DNA of 64,000 nucleotides from Candidatus Spongiisociaceae bacterium (GTDB lineage Bacteria; Actinomycetota; Acidimicrobiia; Spongiisociales; Spongiisociaceae). How positions within the stretch are numbered: position 1 is the stretch's first letter; every line of letters begins with the position of its first letter. Shown here piece after piece: positions 19,272-33,116 of the stretch. The stretch lies in NCBI GenBank assembly GCA_965219685.1, contig CBDCOH010000002.1, positions 352,001 through 416,000 on the forward strand, given 5' to 3'. Both the position numbers and the translations under genes were made by a program. The notes beneath the pieces were generated by a model. The model made no database searches, was not told the origin of the DNA, and saw only the letters and a program-made list of their open reading frames with translations.

Positions 19272-20486
19272 ATGGTTGCCAGGAAGTCTATGAGTCCGGA
19301 ACAGCAGGCGGAGATCCTCCTCCGAGACGTCGACACGTTCCTGCCCAGAGACGAGCTTGCGGCGCGGATCGCCGAAGGCCGGCCGCTGCGCGTCAAGTTA
19401 GGTCTTGACCCGACCGCCCCTTCCGTGACGCTGGGCTGGGCGGTCGTCCTGCGCAAGCTGCGCCAGTTCCAGGACCTGGGCCACGTGGCCGTCTTGATCG
19501 TGGGGGACTTCACCACCCAAGTGGGTGACCCCAGCGGACAGTCAGAGACCCGCAAGCCCCTATCGGCAGAGGAGGTCGACCGTCATGCGCGGGCGGTTCT
19601 CAAGCACTTCGGTCGGATCCTCTCACCGGACAACCTTGAGATCAGGCGTAACTCCGAGTGGCTCCGCCCGTTGGATATGGGTGACGTTCTGAAGCTGACC
19701 GCCGCGTCCACCCTCGCTCAGATGCTGGAGCGGGACGACTTCGCCAAGCGCTTCTCTGAGCGGCGACCCATATCCATGATGGAGTTCATCTACCCGCTTC
19801 TCCAGGGTTACGACTCGGTCGCGGTCGAGGCGGATGTAGAACTCGGTGGGAGCGACCAGCTCTTCAACCTGGTCATGGGACGCCAGATCCAGCAACGTTA
19901 CGGTCAGCGGGCACAGATGGCTCTCACCATGCCGCTGCTCGTAGGGACCGACGGGCACAAGAAGATGTCCCAGTCGGTCGGCAACTATATCGGGATCGAC
20001 GACCCGCCTAACGAGATGTTCGGCAAGACCATGAGTATCCCTGATGCGGTCATGCCCCAGTGGTTCACCCTCGCCTCCGGTCTCGAGTGGGAGGAGATCC
20101 GTGGTGTCGTCTCGGATCTCGGCGCCGACCGTATCCATCCTGGCAGGGCAAAGCGTCGCCTAGCGCGCTCAGTCGTTGATCTCTACCACGGTGCCGGGGC
20201 CGGAGCAGAGGCCGAACTCGCCTTCGACCGCCAGTTCAAGTTACGGCGCGCGCCCGACGAAATGGCCGTCCATCCCCTCGGGAGCAACGATCCGGTATAC
20301 GTCCCACGACTGCTGGCAGACAGCGGCCTGGTGGCATCCAACAGCGAGGGTCGGCGGATGCTGACCCAGGGGGCGGTTCGCATTGATGGAAGCAGGGTGA
20401 CCGCGGACACCCTTGCGAAGGGAGAGTTGGGGGGCGTCGTGTTGTCCGTGGGCAAGCGACGCTTCGTCAGGTTGGTCGACCGGTAG
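19272..20486 (+). CDS. tyrS: Tyrosyl-tRNA synthetase
   Basis: GLDPTAP, YPLLQGYD, GGSDQLFN, KKMSQS, S4 C-terminus. Confidence 0.97.
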   Translation: MVARKSMSPEQQAEILLRDVDTFLPRDELAARIAEGRPLRVKLGLDPTAPSVTLGWAVVLRKLRQFQDLGHVAVLIVGDFTTQVGDPSGQSETRKPLSAEEVDRHARAVLKHFGRILSPDNLEIRRNSEWLRPLDMGDVLKLTAASTLAQMLERDDFAKRFSERRPISMMEFIYPLLQGYDSVAVEADVELGGSDQLFNLVMGRQIQQRYGQRAQMALTMPLLVGTDGHKKMSQSVGNYIGIDDPPNEMFGKTMSIPDAVMPQWFTLASGLEWEEIRGVVSDLGADRIHPGRAKRRLARSVVDLYHGAGAGAEAELAFDRQFKLRRAPDEMAVHPLGSNDPVYVPRLLADSGLVASNSEGRRMLTQGAVRIDGSRVTADTLAKGELGGVVLSVGKRRFVRLVDR

Positions 20487-20503
20487 CGGTCTCGAACCTG
20501 TTG

Positions 20504-20539
20504 CTAATCGGGCGCCGTCCACGACTCGCCGAAGATCAC
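20504..20539 (-). pseudogene. Possible 5' stub of a PemK/MazF toxin gene (MIFGESWTAPD*)
   Basis: GTGA overlap with the antitoxin stop; resembles the MxRGE(I/V)W start of MazF; only 11 codons. Confidence 0.3.
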
Positions 20540-20745
20540 TCGTCTCCCCATGCTTGGGCTTGGTCCCAGAACGGGTCAGGCTGCTCGCGGTTGCGCCGGT
20601 ACGCTTCCCGGTCGGACCGGGCCGAGGCGTCGCGGACCGCTGCCCTGACGCCGGCCCGCGCCGCTGCCGAGATGTTGATGCCGAGGCGACGGGCCTGCTC
20701 TGCCAGGTCGTCGTCCAGGATAAAGGTCGTTCGGGTGGCAGCCAT
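20536..20745 (-). CDS. Type II antitoxin, CcdA-like ribbon-helix-helix
   Basis: RTTFILDDDLAEQARRLGINISAAA; TAGCAT -10 six nt before ATG 20745. Confidence 0.75.
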   Translation of the reverse strand: MAATRTTFILDDDLAEQARRLGINISAAARAGVRAAVRDASARSDREAYRRNREQPDPFWDQAQAWGDE

Positions 20746-20843
20746 TTCCACATGCTATTGCCCTGTGATGCACCCCGGCACACGGTACGGAACAGGCGGC
20801 CGAGGACCTACCCCAAAGGGACCGACCACACTGCCGCCCCGCC

Positions 20844-20880
20844 ACCGACACCTGACACCTGGGACCTGAGACCTGACACC
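20844..20880. repeat. Degenerate C-rich heptamer array (CCTGACA)n
   Basis: accgaca cctgaca cctggga cctgaga cctgaca cc; upstream of the rrn promoter. Confidence 0.75.
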
Positions 20881-20910
20881 AAATCCGTGTGGCCACGGGC
20901 CCGCAGAACC

Positions 20911-20919
20911 TGCTATAGT
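20911..20919 (+). promoter_or_regulatory. Putative extended -10 promoter of the rrn operon (TGcTATAGT)
   Basis: Consensus match ~420 nt upstream of 16S; boxA-like GCTCCTTGACAACT follows at ~21042. Confidence 0.55.
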
Positions 20920-21339
20920 TATGCGGCTAGCTGCTTTAGCTTCCCCTCCGGCCTTACGGCCGGTCGCAGTTCCACCTGTTGGCGAGATCCGTGAACCGGT
21001 CGGGTAGTGGAGCGGCAGACCGCAGGAAACTGCAGGTCGGGGCTCCTTGACAACTGAACAGCGTGTCAAAAGCCGAATGTCCATTCCGGGCCGCTCGGCG
21101 CCACGTTCCGGGATCCTTCCGAGGAACCAGGTTCGTGCACATCCAAGCGGTCGATGGGAATGTACTCCCGGTCGCCGCCACCAACGGCGACCAGGGATCG
21201 AACCGATGGATCGGGGAGTCCGTCTGCGCCTGACGGCGCCGGCGCCGCCGATCCGAAGAACCATGACAGAATTCAGTCCGGGATTCGTTCCGTCCGGCCC
21301 ACCCGGTCCGGGCTGACCGTTCTCTCGGTCGAAGAACTG

Positions 21340-22870
<1,531 letters not shown>

Positions 22871-23214
22871 AAGGAGTACAAAGGGACCGAGGAGGGTGCC
22901 CTTCCGATTGGGGAAGAGTGCTCCTTCTCATCGGATGTCCCGAAGTCCGGGGTTCACGACAACCCCGGGGGAGTTTCCGGTCATAGCACCGGGAGCACCA
23001 CTCTTAGTTGATCGTTCGGTTACTCGGCCTTGTCCACTGTTTCGAGAGGTTGAGCGCTTACCTGCGGGTAATGCAGTCTCCCTCTGGGATAGGGGTCAAG
23101 GTCGGACACGCTGTTTAGTCGTGAAGGAGTCCCTTCTAACCACCAATGCGTGTGGTGGGACCCCGGCTCTTTGAGAACTGCATAGCGAGCATGAATTGTC
23201 TTGAATTCTCTATG

Positions 23215-26310
<3,096 letters not shown>

Positions 26311-26398
26311 ATTCGCGGATTCAGGCGTTCATGCTCGCTATGGAGTGCTCAAGGGCACGACTCGCCGGGAGGCGGGTTTTCGACAATCTGGAAAACGC

Positions 26399-26518
<120 letters not shown>

Positions 26519-26528
26519 CGATCGTAAC

Positions 26529-26564
26529 GGGCCGTCCGGGTGCACCGGGCGGCCCGATTCGTTT
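26529..26564 (+). terminator. Putative intrinsic terminator after rrf
   Basis: GGGCCGTCCGG-gtgca-CCGGGCGGCCC hairpin followed by ATTCGTTT. Confidence 0.55.
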
Positions 26565-26739
26565 GCGAGGGCGGCACTTCCCCGTGCGGCCTACGTTTGA
26601 CCGGAGGGTGTCGGCTACAATGCCCACGACCGGATCGAGAACGCACTAGAGGAATCGATTACGCGCAGCGGGGTATGGCGCTCGGGCATGGTTCGGTCGC
26701 GCGGCGCAGATCGAGATTGAGACCGCGGAGGTCGCGATC

Positions 26740-28272
26740 GTGGATATGAGCCTGCTCGTAGTAGGAGCCCTCGGGCTCGTCGCCATAGGATCCTCGATGT
26801 CCGTCCTGGTCATGCAGGGCCGCTACCGAAGGAAGGTTCTCGCTCCGCAGGAAGAGAAGATGGGCGCCGCACGCCGGGAGGCACAGCGGATTCTGAACCG
26901 GGCGGAGCGTGAGGGACGCGCCCGCGCCGAGGCCTACAGGGAGCGCGAGGAGGCACAGCTCGATCATCGGCGGGTGGAGAGCGCAGCTGCCGAGGGACGT
27001 CTCATCCAGCGGGAGAAGACCCTCGAGCAGAGGGCCTCCAACCTTGCCCAGCGGGAGCAGATGCTTCTCCATAGGGAAGCGGAGGTCTCCGAACTTCGGA
27101 CCGAGGTGGAAATGCTGGCGGAGGACGCCCGTACCAACCTCGAACGGATCGGTTCCCTCGATGCCAGGGCCGCCAAGGAGGAACTGGTCAACCGCGTGCG
27201 TGACGAGGCCCGCAGGGAAGCGATGCTGCTCGTCCGTGACAGTGAGATGCGAGCCCGGGAGGAGGCGGACCGCCGGGCCCGGCGCATCCTTGCCACGGCG
27301 ATCGAGCGACTGTCCAGCGAGGTTGTTGCGGAGACGACAGTGTCCGCGGTGCAACTACCACGCGAGGAGATGAAGGGGCGGATCATCGGTCGGGAGGGCC
27401 GCAACATCCGGGCTTTCGAGGCGGTGACCGGGGTCAACCTGGTTGTGGACGAGACTCCGGAGATGGTGGTGGTGGCGTCTTTCGACCCGGTCCGTAGGGA
27501 GGTCGCCCGCGTCACCCTTGAGAAGCTGGTCGCCGACGGTCGGATCCATCCGGCCGCAATCGAGGAGTTCTACGCGAAGGCGCAGGCCGAGGTGGACCAG
27601 TCGGTTCGGGATGCGGGCGAGTGGGCGATGCTGGACGTGGGCATGTCCAGGATGCATCCCGAGTTGATTACGCTTCTGGGACGGCTGAAGTACCGTACTT
27701 CCTACGGCCAGAACGTGCTCAACCACTTGGTGGAGTCGGCCCACATCGCCGGAATGCTGAGTGCTGAGCTCGGTGTGGACCCGGCGCCCGTGAAACGCTC
27801 GGCTTTCCTCCACGACATCGGCAAGGCCGTGACTCACCATGTCGAGGGGGCGCACGCGCTGATCGGAGCGGAGATCGCCCGACGATTCGGGGAGGAGGCG
27901 GCGGTCGTCCACGGGATCGAAGCCCACCACAACGATGTCGAGCCCCGCACGCTCCTCTCGATAATCGTCCAGGCCGCCGACACCGTGTCGGCAGCCCGTC
28001 CGGGAGCGCGCCGGGAGGCTCTGGAGTCGTACACGAAACGCCTCGCCCAGATGGAGGAGATGATCAGGGCGTTCGACGGGGTCGAGCGTGTGTTCGCGAT
28101 GCAAGCGGGCCGGGAGGTCCGGGTGGTGGTCGATCCCCGTACGGTCGACGACCTCGAGGCCGCCCATCTGGTGAGGTCCATCTCCCGCAGGCTGGAGGAG
28201 GACCTGCGTTACTCGGGACAGATCGAAGTCACGGTGATTCGCGAGCTGCGTGTCACCGACTACGCCCGCTGA
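26740..28272 (+). CDS. rny: Ribonuclease Y
   Basis: N-terminal TM, coiled coil, KH motif (KGRIIGREGRNIR), HD motif (LHDIGK), QAGRE. Confidence 0.97.
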   Translation: MDMSLLVVGALGLVAIGSSMSVLVMQGRYRRKVLAPQEEKMGAARREAQRILNRAEREGRARAEAYREREEAQLDHRRVESAAAEGRLIQREKTLEQRASNLAQREQMLLHREAEVSELRTEVEMLAEDARTNLERIGSLDARAAKEELVNRVRDEARREAMLLVRDSEMRAREEADRRARRILATAIERLSSEVVAETTVSAVQLPREEMKGRIIGREGRNIRAFEAVTGVNLVVDETPEMVVVASFDPVRREVARVTLEKLVADGRIHPAAIEEFYAKAQAEVDQSVRDAGEWAMLDVGMSRMHPELITLLGRLKYRTSYGQNVLNHLVESAHIAGMLSAELGVDPAPVKRSAFLHDIGKAVTHHVEGAHALIGAEIARRFGEEAAVVHGIEAHHNDVEPRTLLSIIVQAADTVSAARPGARREALESYTKRLAQMEEMIRAFDGVERVFAMQAGREVRVVVDPRTVDDLEAAHLVRSISRRLEEDLRYSGQIEVTVIRELRVTDYAR

Positions 28273-28287
28273 CAGGGGTCGGCTCTG

Positions 28288-29676
28288 ATGGCAGGGACCG
28301 TTATGCTTCCAGTTCCCACCCGGCGGTCCGCGGAGACCAGGCCGCCCACCCGGATCGGCCGGACCTACTTCCTCCGCACGTTCGGCTGCCAGATGAACGA
28401 GCATGACAGCGAGCGGATCGCCGGTCTGTTCGAGGCGGACGGGATGGTCAGGGCGGACCGCATGGAAGATGCGGATGTCGTGTTCGTCAACACCTGCACG
28501 ATCCGGCAGAACGCCGACAACCGGTTGTACGGCAACCTGGGCCAGTTGAAACGACTCAAGGACACGCGCACCGGCCGGCTGCTGGTGGTGGGCGGGTGCG
28601 CAGCCCAGAAGGACCGGGAACTTGTCAGGGAGCGGGCCCCCTGGGTGGATGTGGTCCTCGGCACCCACAACCTTCACCGTGTCGTGCATCTCCTGGACCA
28701 AGCCGAGGAGTGGGGCCCGGTCACCGAGATCGTCGACTCGCTCGCCGCGATGCCCTCCGACCTTCCTGTGCGCCGGGAATCGGCCCATTCAGCCTGGGTG
28801 ACCATCCAGATCGGATGTAACAACACCTGCACCTTCTGCATCGTCCCGGCCGTAAGGGGTCGCGAGATCAGTCGGCGCCCCGGCGACATAATCAGGGAGA
28901 TCGAGCAACTGGTGGCGGAGGGAGTCATCGAGGTGACCCTTCTGGGCCAGAACGTCGACACCTACGGACGCGATCTGGCTATCGACGGTCGCCGGCGCCC
29001 GATCTTCGGACATCTGCTGGCGAGGATCGGCCAAGTCGACGGTATCAAGCGGATCCGCTTCACCAGCCCCCATCCGAACGACTTCCGGCCGGACGTGGCC
29101 GAGGCGATGGCCCGCACCGAAGCGGTCTGCGAGCAGTTGCACTTCCCGTTGCAGTCGGGCTCGAACCGGATCCTTGCCGCAATGCACCGTGGTTACACGA
29201 CGGACAAGTTCCTCGGGCGCCTGGCTATGGCACGGGAGGTGATACCGGACCTGACGGTGTCCACGGATGTGATCGTCGGCTTTCCCGGGGAGACCGAGGA
29301 CGACTTCCGGATGACGCTCGAGATCGTGGAGAAGGCTCGCTTCGACCAGGCCTTCATGTTCATCTTCTCCCCACGGCCCGGCACGAGGGCGGCGGCGATG
29401 ACGGACCGGTTCGTGCCCGCTGAGGTGGCGCGCGAGCGGTTCGGGCGGCTCGTGAAGCTACAGAGGGGGATCAGCGCGGAGCAGAATCGGCGCCATCTCG
29501 GCACGACGATGGAAGTGCTGGTTGAGGGACCGTCCAAGAAGAACCCCCGGGTCGCGACGACCCGCACCCGAGGGAACAAGGTGGTCCATGTGGACGGTGA
29601 GTTCATCCCGGGCACGCTGATGGACGTGGTTATCGAGCAGACGGCCACCCATTATCTGGTCGGCACCCCCGCTTGA
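28288..29676 (+). CDS. miaB: tRNA-2-methylthio-N6-dimethylallyladenosine synthase
   Basis: TFGCQMNEHDS, CNNTCTFC radical SAM motif, IVGFPGET, TRAM domain. Confidence 0.96.
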   Translation: MAGTVMLPVPTRRSAETRPPTRIGRTYFLRTFGCQMNEHDSERIAGLFEADGMVRADRMEDADVVFVNTCTIRQNADNRLYGNLGQLKRLKDTRTGRLLVVGGCAAQKDRELVRERAPWVDVVLGTHNLHRVVHLLDQAEEWGPVTEIVDSLAAMPSDLPVRRESAHSAWVTIQIGCNNTCTFCIVPAVRGREISRRPGDIIREIEQLVAEGVIEVTLLGQNVDTYGRDLAIDGRRRPIFGHLLARIGQVDGIKRIRFTSPHPNDFRPDVAEAMARTEAVCEQLHFPLQSGSNRILAAMHRGYTTDKFLGRLAMAREVIPDLTVSTDVIVGFPGETEDDFRMTLEIVEKARFDQAFMFIFSPRPGTRAAAMTDRFVPAEVARERFGRLVKLQRGISAEQNRRHLGTTMEVLVEGPSKKNPRVATTRTRGNKVVHVDGEFIPGTLMDVVIEQTATHYLVGTPA

Positions 29677-30687
29677 GTGGGTGATCACCCGGTGCAGGGA
29701 GGTACGCAACCGGGTGGGAAACATCCCGACGGTATCGCGGTCCGAGTGCCCGGTCCGGGATCACCCGCCCCGGTCATGGCGGTGCTCGGTCCGACCGCGT
29801 CCGGGAAGACCGGGCTGGCGATGTGCCTGGCGAGGCACTGGGGCGCGGAAATACTGTCCGTAGACTCTATGCAGGTCTACCGGGGAATGGATATCGGTAC
29901 GGCCAAGGTGTCGATCGGCGAGCAGGCCGAGATACCGCACCACATGATCGATCTGGTCTCCCCGGAAGTCGACTACACGGTGGCTGATTTCCAGGAGGCG
30001 GGCCGGCGGGCGATAGGAGATGTCCTGTCGCGACACGTTCCTCTGATCATCGCGGGCGGATCCGGCCTGTACTTCCGGTCGCTGGTCGATCCACTCGAGT
30101 TCCCGCCCTTCGACCCTGGAGTTCGCGCCGCGGTCGAATCGATGGGGCACGAGGCTGCTCGCGCCGAATTGCTGGCAGCGGATCCGAGCGCCGGTGCGCA
30201 CGTCGAGTTGGACAACCTGCGACGTGTCCGGAGGGCGGTTGAGATACTGCGACTGGGTGCCGGCGGGCCTTCGGAACGAGCAGACCGACCGGCAGCCGTG
30301 CACGTTCGGAACTACATACCGGAGGTACCGTTCTCGGCTGTGGGGGTGGATCCGGGCGACAGGCTGGCGGATCGCGTTTTGGAACGTATCGACCGGATGA
30401 TCGACTCCGGACTGCTGGACGAGGTGGCCGGGCTGTCGGACCGGCTCGGTCGCAATGCGTCGCGGGCGGTGGGCTACCGCCAGATGATCCCGGTGGCGCG
30501 CGGAGATGTCGGCTTGGAACAGGGTAAGGCGGACACTTTCAAGGCGACGATGGCTCTGGCGAGGCGTCAACGGACCTACTTCGGAAGAGACCCTAGGATC
30601 CGATGGTTGGAGTGGAGCGAGGATCCGGACGTCCGGTGCAGGACCGCCCGGCAGGCCATCGAGGAGATGCAGCCTTGGAGTTCGTGA
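29677..30687 (+). CDS. miaA: tRNA dimethylallyltransferase (start uncertain)
   Basis: GPTASGKT, DSMQVYRGMDIGTAK, GGSGLY, ARRQRTYF. Confidence 0.96.
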   Translation: MGDHPVQGGTQPGGKHPDGIAVRVPGPGSPAPVMAVLGPTASGKTGLAMCLARHWGAEILSVDSMQVYRGMDIGTAKVSIGEQAEIPHHMIDLVSPEVDYTVADFQEAGRRAIGDVLSRHVPLIIAGGSGLYFRSLVDPLEFPPFDPGVRAAVESMGHEAARAELLAADPSAGAHVELDNLRRVRRAVEILRLGAGGPSERADRPAAVHVRNYIPEVPFSAVGVDPGDRLADRVLERIDRMIDSGLLDEVAGLSDRLGRNASRAVGYRQMIPVARGDVGLEQGKADTFKATMALARRQRTYFGRDPRIRWLEWSEDPDVRCRTARQAIEEMQPWSS

Positions 30688-31439
30688 AAGTCGAAGGCTT
30701 GGGCAACGATTTCGTGCTGCTGGAGGGCAGGCCTCCGTCGCCGGCGCAGATCCGGCTCTGGTGCGACCGCCGTACCGGAATCGGTGCCGATGGCCTTCTG
30801 AGGGTTTCGAGGTCGGATCATCCAGAAGCTGTTGCCCGGATGGAGTACTGGAATTCCGACGGGTCGGTGGCCGGCATGTGTGGCAACGGTTTGCGTTGCG
30901 TGGCCCTGTACGTCTTCGAACGGGGGTGGACAGACCGGAGGTCCTTCGCCATCCGGACCGCCACCGGCCTGAACCGCGTCGAGGTGATGGAGAGCGGAGC
31001 CGTCAAGGTGGAACTCGGTCCCTACCGGGTCGGGCGGCAGTCGATCATGGAAGGCCTGCCCTTCACAGCGGTCGACGTCGGAAACCCGCACGCGGTGACC
31101 TTCGTCGGAACCGCTGTCGAACTAGAGGACGCTCCCCTCGCTCGGGTCGGATTGGCGCTACAAGACCATCCGCGCTTCCCCGAGGGAGTCAACGTCGAGT
31201 TCGCTGTGCCGACTAGGCACGGGCTACGGGTGAGGGTCTGGGAACGCGGCGCCGGCGCGACTCAAGCGTGCGGGACGGGCGCGGCGGCAGTGGCTGCGGT
31301 CGCTCACCACGAACGGGGGGGCGGCCCTGTCACTGAGGTCCAGTTACCGGGAGGTCGGCTCGGAGTGGAACTGATCGACGGCGTGGCCTGGATAACCGGG
31401 CCGGCCGTCCTGGTGTTCAGCGGAACAGTTCCCGACTGA
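30675..31439 (+). CDS. dapF: Diaminopimelate epimerase
   Basis: GLGNDF, GIGADG, MCGNG, VGNPH, ERGAGATQACGTG; TTG start after GAGGAG. Confidence 0.95.
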   Translation: MEFVKVEGLGNDFVLLEGRPPSPAQIRLWCDRRTGIGADGLLRVSRSDHPEAVARMEYWNSDGSVAGMCGNGLRCVALYVFERGWTDRRSFAIRTATGLNRVEVMESGAVKVELGPYRVGRQSIMEGLPFTAVDVGNPHAVTFVGTAVELEDAPLARVGLALQDHPRFPEGVNVEFAVPTRHGLRVRVWERGAGATQACGTGAAAVAAVAHHERGGGPVTEVQLPGGRLGVELIDGVAWITGPAVLVFSGTVPD

Positions 31440-32136
31440 GCCGGGATCGCCGGTCGGCGAGCCTCCGCAGGACTGTGACAACCCGTCCGAGTATCTCGAC
31501 CCCTGACGTGAACACGATCGGTTCGTAGGCAGGATTCTCCGCATGGAGGATCACCTTGTTCTGGCGCTTCTCCAGCCGCTTGACGGTCGCCTCCTCCCCT
31601 TCGACCAGACAGGCCACTATCTCGCCGTTCTCGGCGTCAGGTTGGCTGCGCACCACCACCATGTCGCCGTCGAGGATGCCCGCATCGATCATCGAGTCAC
31701 CACGCACCTCGAGCATGAACAGGGGTCCGGAGCCGACGAGGGACTCGGGAAGGGGCACCACTTCCTCGACGTGCTCCTCCGCAAGGATCGGCGTACCTGC
31801 TGCGATCCGTCCCACCAGTGGAACGTCACGGGTTTGCTCCGACCGTCCGGACGGGGCCGCCGGTGCCCGCTGCTGGCCGGTTCCGAGTACTTCGATGGCT
31901 CTTGGTTTGGAAGGATCGCGCCGGATGTGACCGGCTCGTTCCAAGGCGGTTAGGTGGCTGTGGACGGTTGCCGGGGAACTCAGGCCCAGGTGGTGGCCGA
32001 TCTCCCTCACGGAGGGCGGGTAACCACGGGTGGCCACCTCTCGTTTGATCAACTCCAGGACCTGTCGCTGGCGAGGCCGAAGGCTATCGGGATCGGGCTG
32101 CCCGTCCGCCGTTCTGCTGGTGCCGCCGGTGTCCAC
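31417..32136 (-). CDS. lexA: SOS repressor LexA
   Basis: GYPPSVREI wHTH, GRIAAG cleavage site, GDSM and ATVK catalytic dyad. Confidence 0.97.
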   Translation of the reverse strand: MDTGGTSRTADGQPDPDSLRPRQRQVLELIKREVATRGYPPSVREIGHHLGLSSPATVHSHLTALERAGHIRRDPSKPRAIEVLGTGQQRAPAAPSGRSEQTRDVPLVGRIAAGTPILAEEHVEEVVPLPESLVGSGPLFMLEVRGDSMIDAGILDGDMVVVRSQPDAENGEIVACLVEGEEATVKRLEKRQNKVILHAENPAYEPIVFTSGVEILGRVVTVLRRLADRRSRLSRELFR

Positions 32137-32191
32137 TGTTAAGCCTCCTCTTCGTGTACGAACAGAACATAGCCAATGTCACCGCAGAATA

Positions 32192-32205
32192 CAAACATAT
32201 GTTCG
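32192..32205. promoter_or_regulatory. LexA (SOS) box CAAAC-ATAT-GTTCG
   Basis: One mismatch to Gram-positive/actinobacterial CGAAC-N4-GTTCG; upstream of lexA. Confidence 0.8.
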
Positions 32206-32306
32206 AGTGGTGAGTGGTGAGTGGTGAGTGGTGAGTGGCTTGTCGGTTGTCCGTTGTCCGTTGTCCGTTGTCCGTTGACCGTTGACCGTTGACCGTTGAC
32301 CGTTGA
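32205..32306. repeat. Drifting heptamer array (GAGTGGT)~5 -> (TTGTCCG)~5 -> (TTGACCG)4
   Basis: Read directly. Confidence 0.97.
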
Positions 32307-32381
32307 TAACTCTGAACGGTATGCGATAACCGAGCTAGATCCTTGTCACGATGAGCCATGAGGTGTGGTAAGTCGTTCACC
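32307..32381. repeat. Conserved ~75-bp non-coding core, copy 2
   Basis: Homologous to 10274-10345. Confidence 0.85.
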
Positions 32382-32474
32382 GGCAACCGGCAACCGGCAA
32401 CCGGCAACCGGCAACCGGCAACCGGCAACCGGCAACCGGCAACCGGCAACCGGCAACCGGCAACCGGCAACCGG
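32380..32474. repeat. Perfect heptamer array (CCGGCAA)13 + CCGG
   Basis: Read directly. Confidence 0.98.
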
Positions 32475-32478
32475 TCTC

Positions 32479-32533
32479 TTGACAAGCGAACATCCGTTCG
32501 GTCATAATCTCCAGACAACCAAACGTCTGTTCG
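32479..32533 (+). promoter_or_regulatory. LexA-repressed promoter: TTGACA-18-CATAAT with SOS boxes at 32487-32500 (CGAACATCCGTTCG) and 32520-32533 (CAAACGTCTGTTCG)
   Basis: Consensus -35, perfect SOS box in the spacer, divergent from lexA. Confidence 0.85.
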
Positions 32534-32550
32534 CTTCGTAGGAGGTTGTC

Positions 32551-33102
32551 ATGGTAGGCATCCACTCGCTCCATAGGGAAATGGGTACCCGCGCCGGTCA
32601 TCTGCTGTCCCCTCCTCGGGTCATGGAGCAGCGGGAACTCGACCGGCTCGCTGCCCCTCGGTCGATGGAGGGCGGGGCCGCGCAGGCGGCGTGGCGGCCA
32701 TCGGTGATCCAGGGAGGTCAGCGCAGCGGGCCTGGAGGAGCGGAGATCGGAAACGCTCTGCCGGATCCCCGTCGTTCCGGCAGGCGGCGGACGCTCCACA
32801 CCCGAGCGGCGGTCCGTATCGGACTTGCAGCCGCGATCATGGCGGCGCTGCTGGTGGTGTTCGCCATTCCATGGGCGGGCGCTGATCGTGGACCGGTGCC
32901 GGACGTATCACACATTGTACGACCGGGTGACAGCTTGTGGTCGATAGCCGAGCATTACACACCGGCCACAGGCGATGTCAGGAAGACGGTAGCCCTGGTC
33001 CGATCCGCCAACGAGGGTCTGTCGAACTTCCTGATGGTGGGTGATGTGATAAAAGTGCCGGTCGGTAGGATCCCGGGTAGTCCAACCGGCGCGCCGGGCT
33101 GA
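32551..33102 (+). CDS. Membrane-anchored LysM protein, putative SOS cell-division inhibitor (YneA/ChiZ-like)
   Basis: TM segment then HIVRPGDSLWSIA LysM motif; divergent from lexA; AGGAGG RBS. Confidence 0.8.
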   Translation: MVGIHSLHREMGTRAGHLLSPPRVMEQRELDRLAAPRSMEGGAAQAAWRPSVIQGGQRSGPGGAEIGNALPDPRRSGRRRTLHTRAAVRIGLAAAIMAALLVVFAIPWAGADRGPVPDVSHIVRPGDSLWSIAEHYTPATGDVRKTVALVRSANEGLSNFLMVGDVIKVPVGRIPGSPTGAPG

Positions 33103-33116
33103 GGTCCGGAGGAAGG

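Noticed and set aside
22871-23214. tRNA in the 16S-23S spacer
   Set aside because: No cloverleaf or T-loop seen; the spacer holds processing-stem halves pairing with ~21042-21067 and ~26328-26356.
32084-32799. ORFs with VAGCRLP, THHSPL, FTIHDSR or WWLVAGG repeats (also 7081-7458 and 7543-7731)
   Set aside because: These are translations of the heptamer arrays, with no RBS or coding signal.
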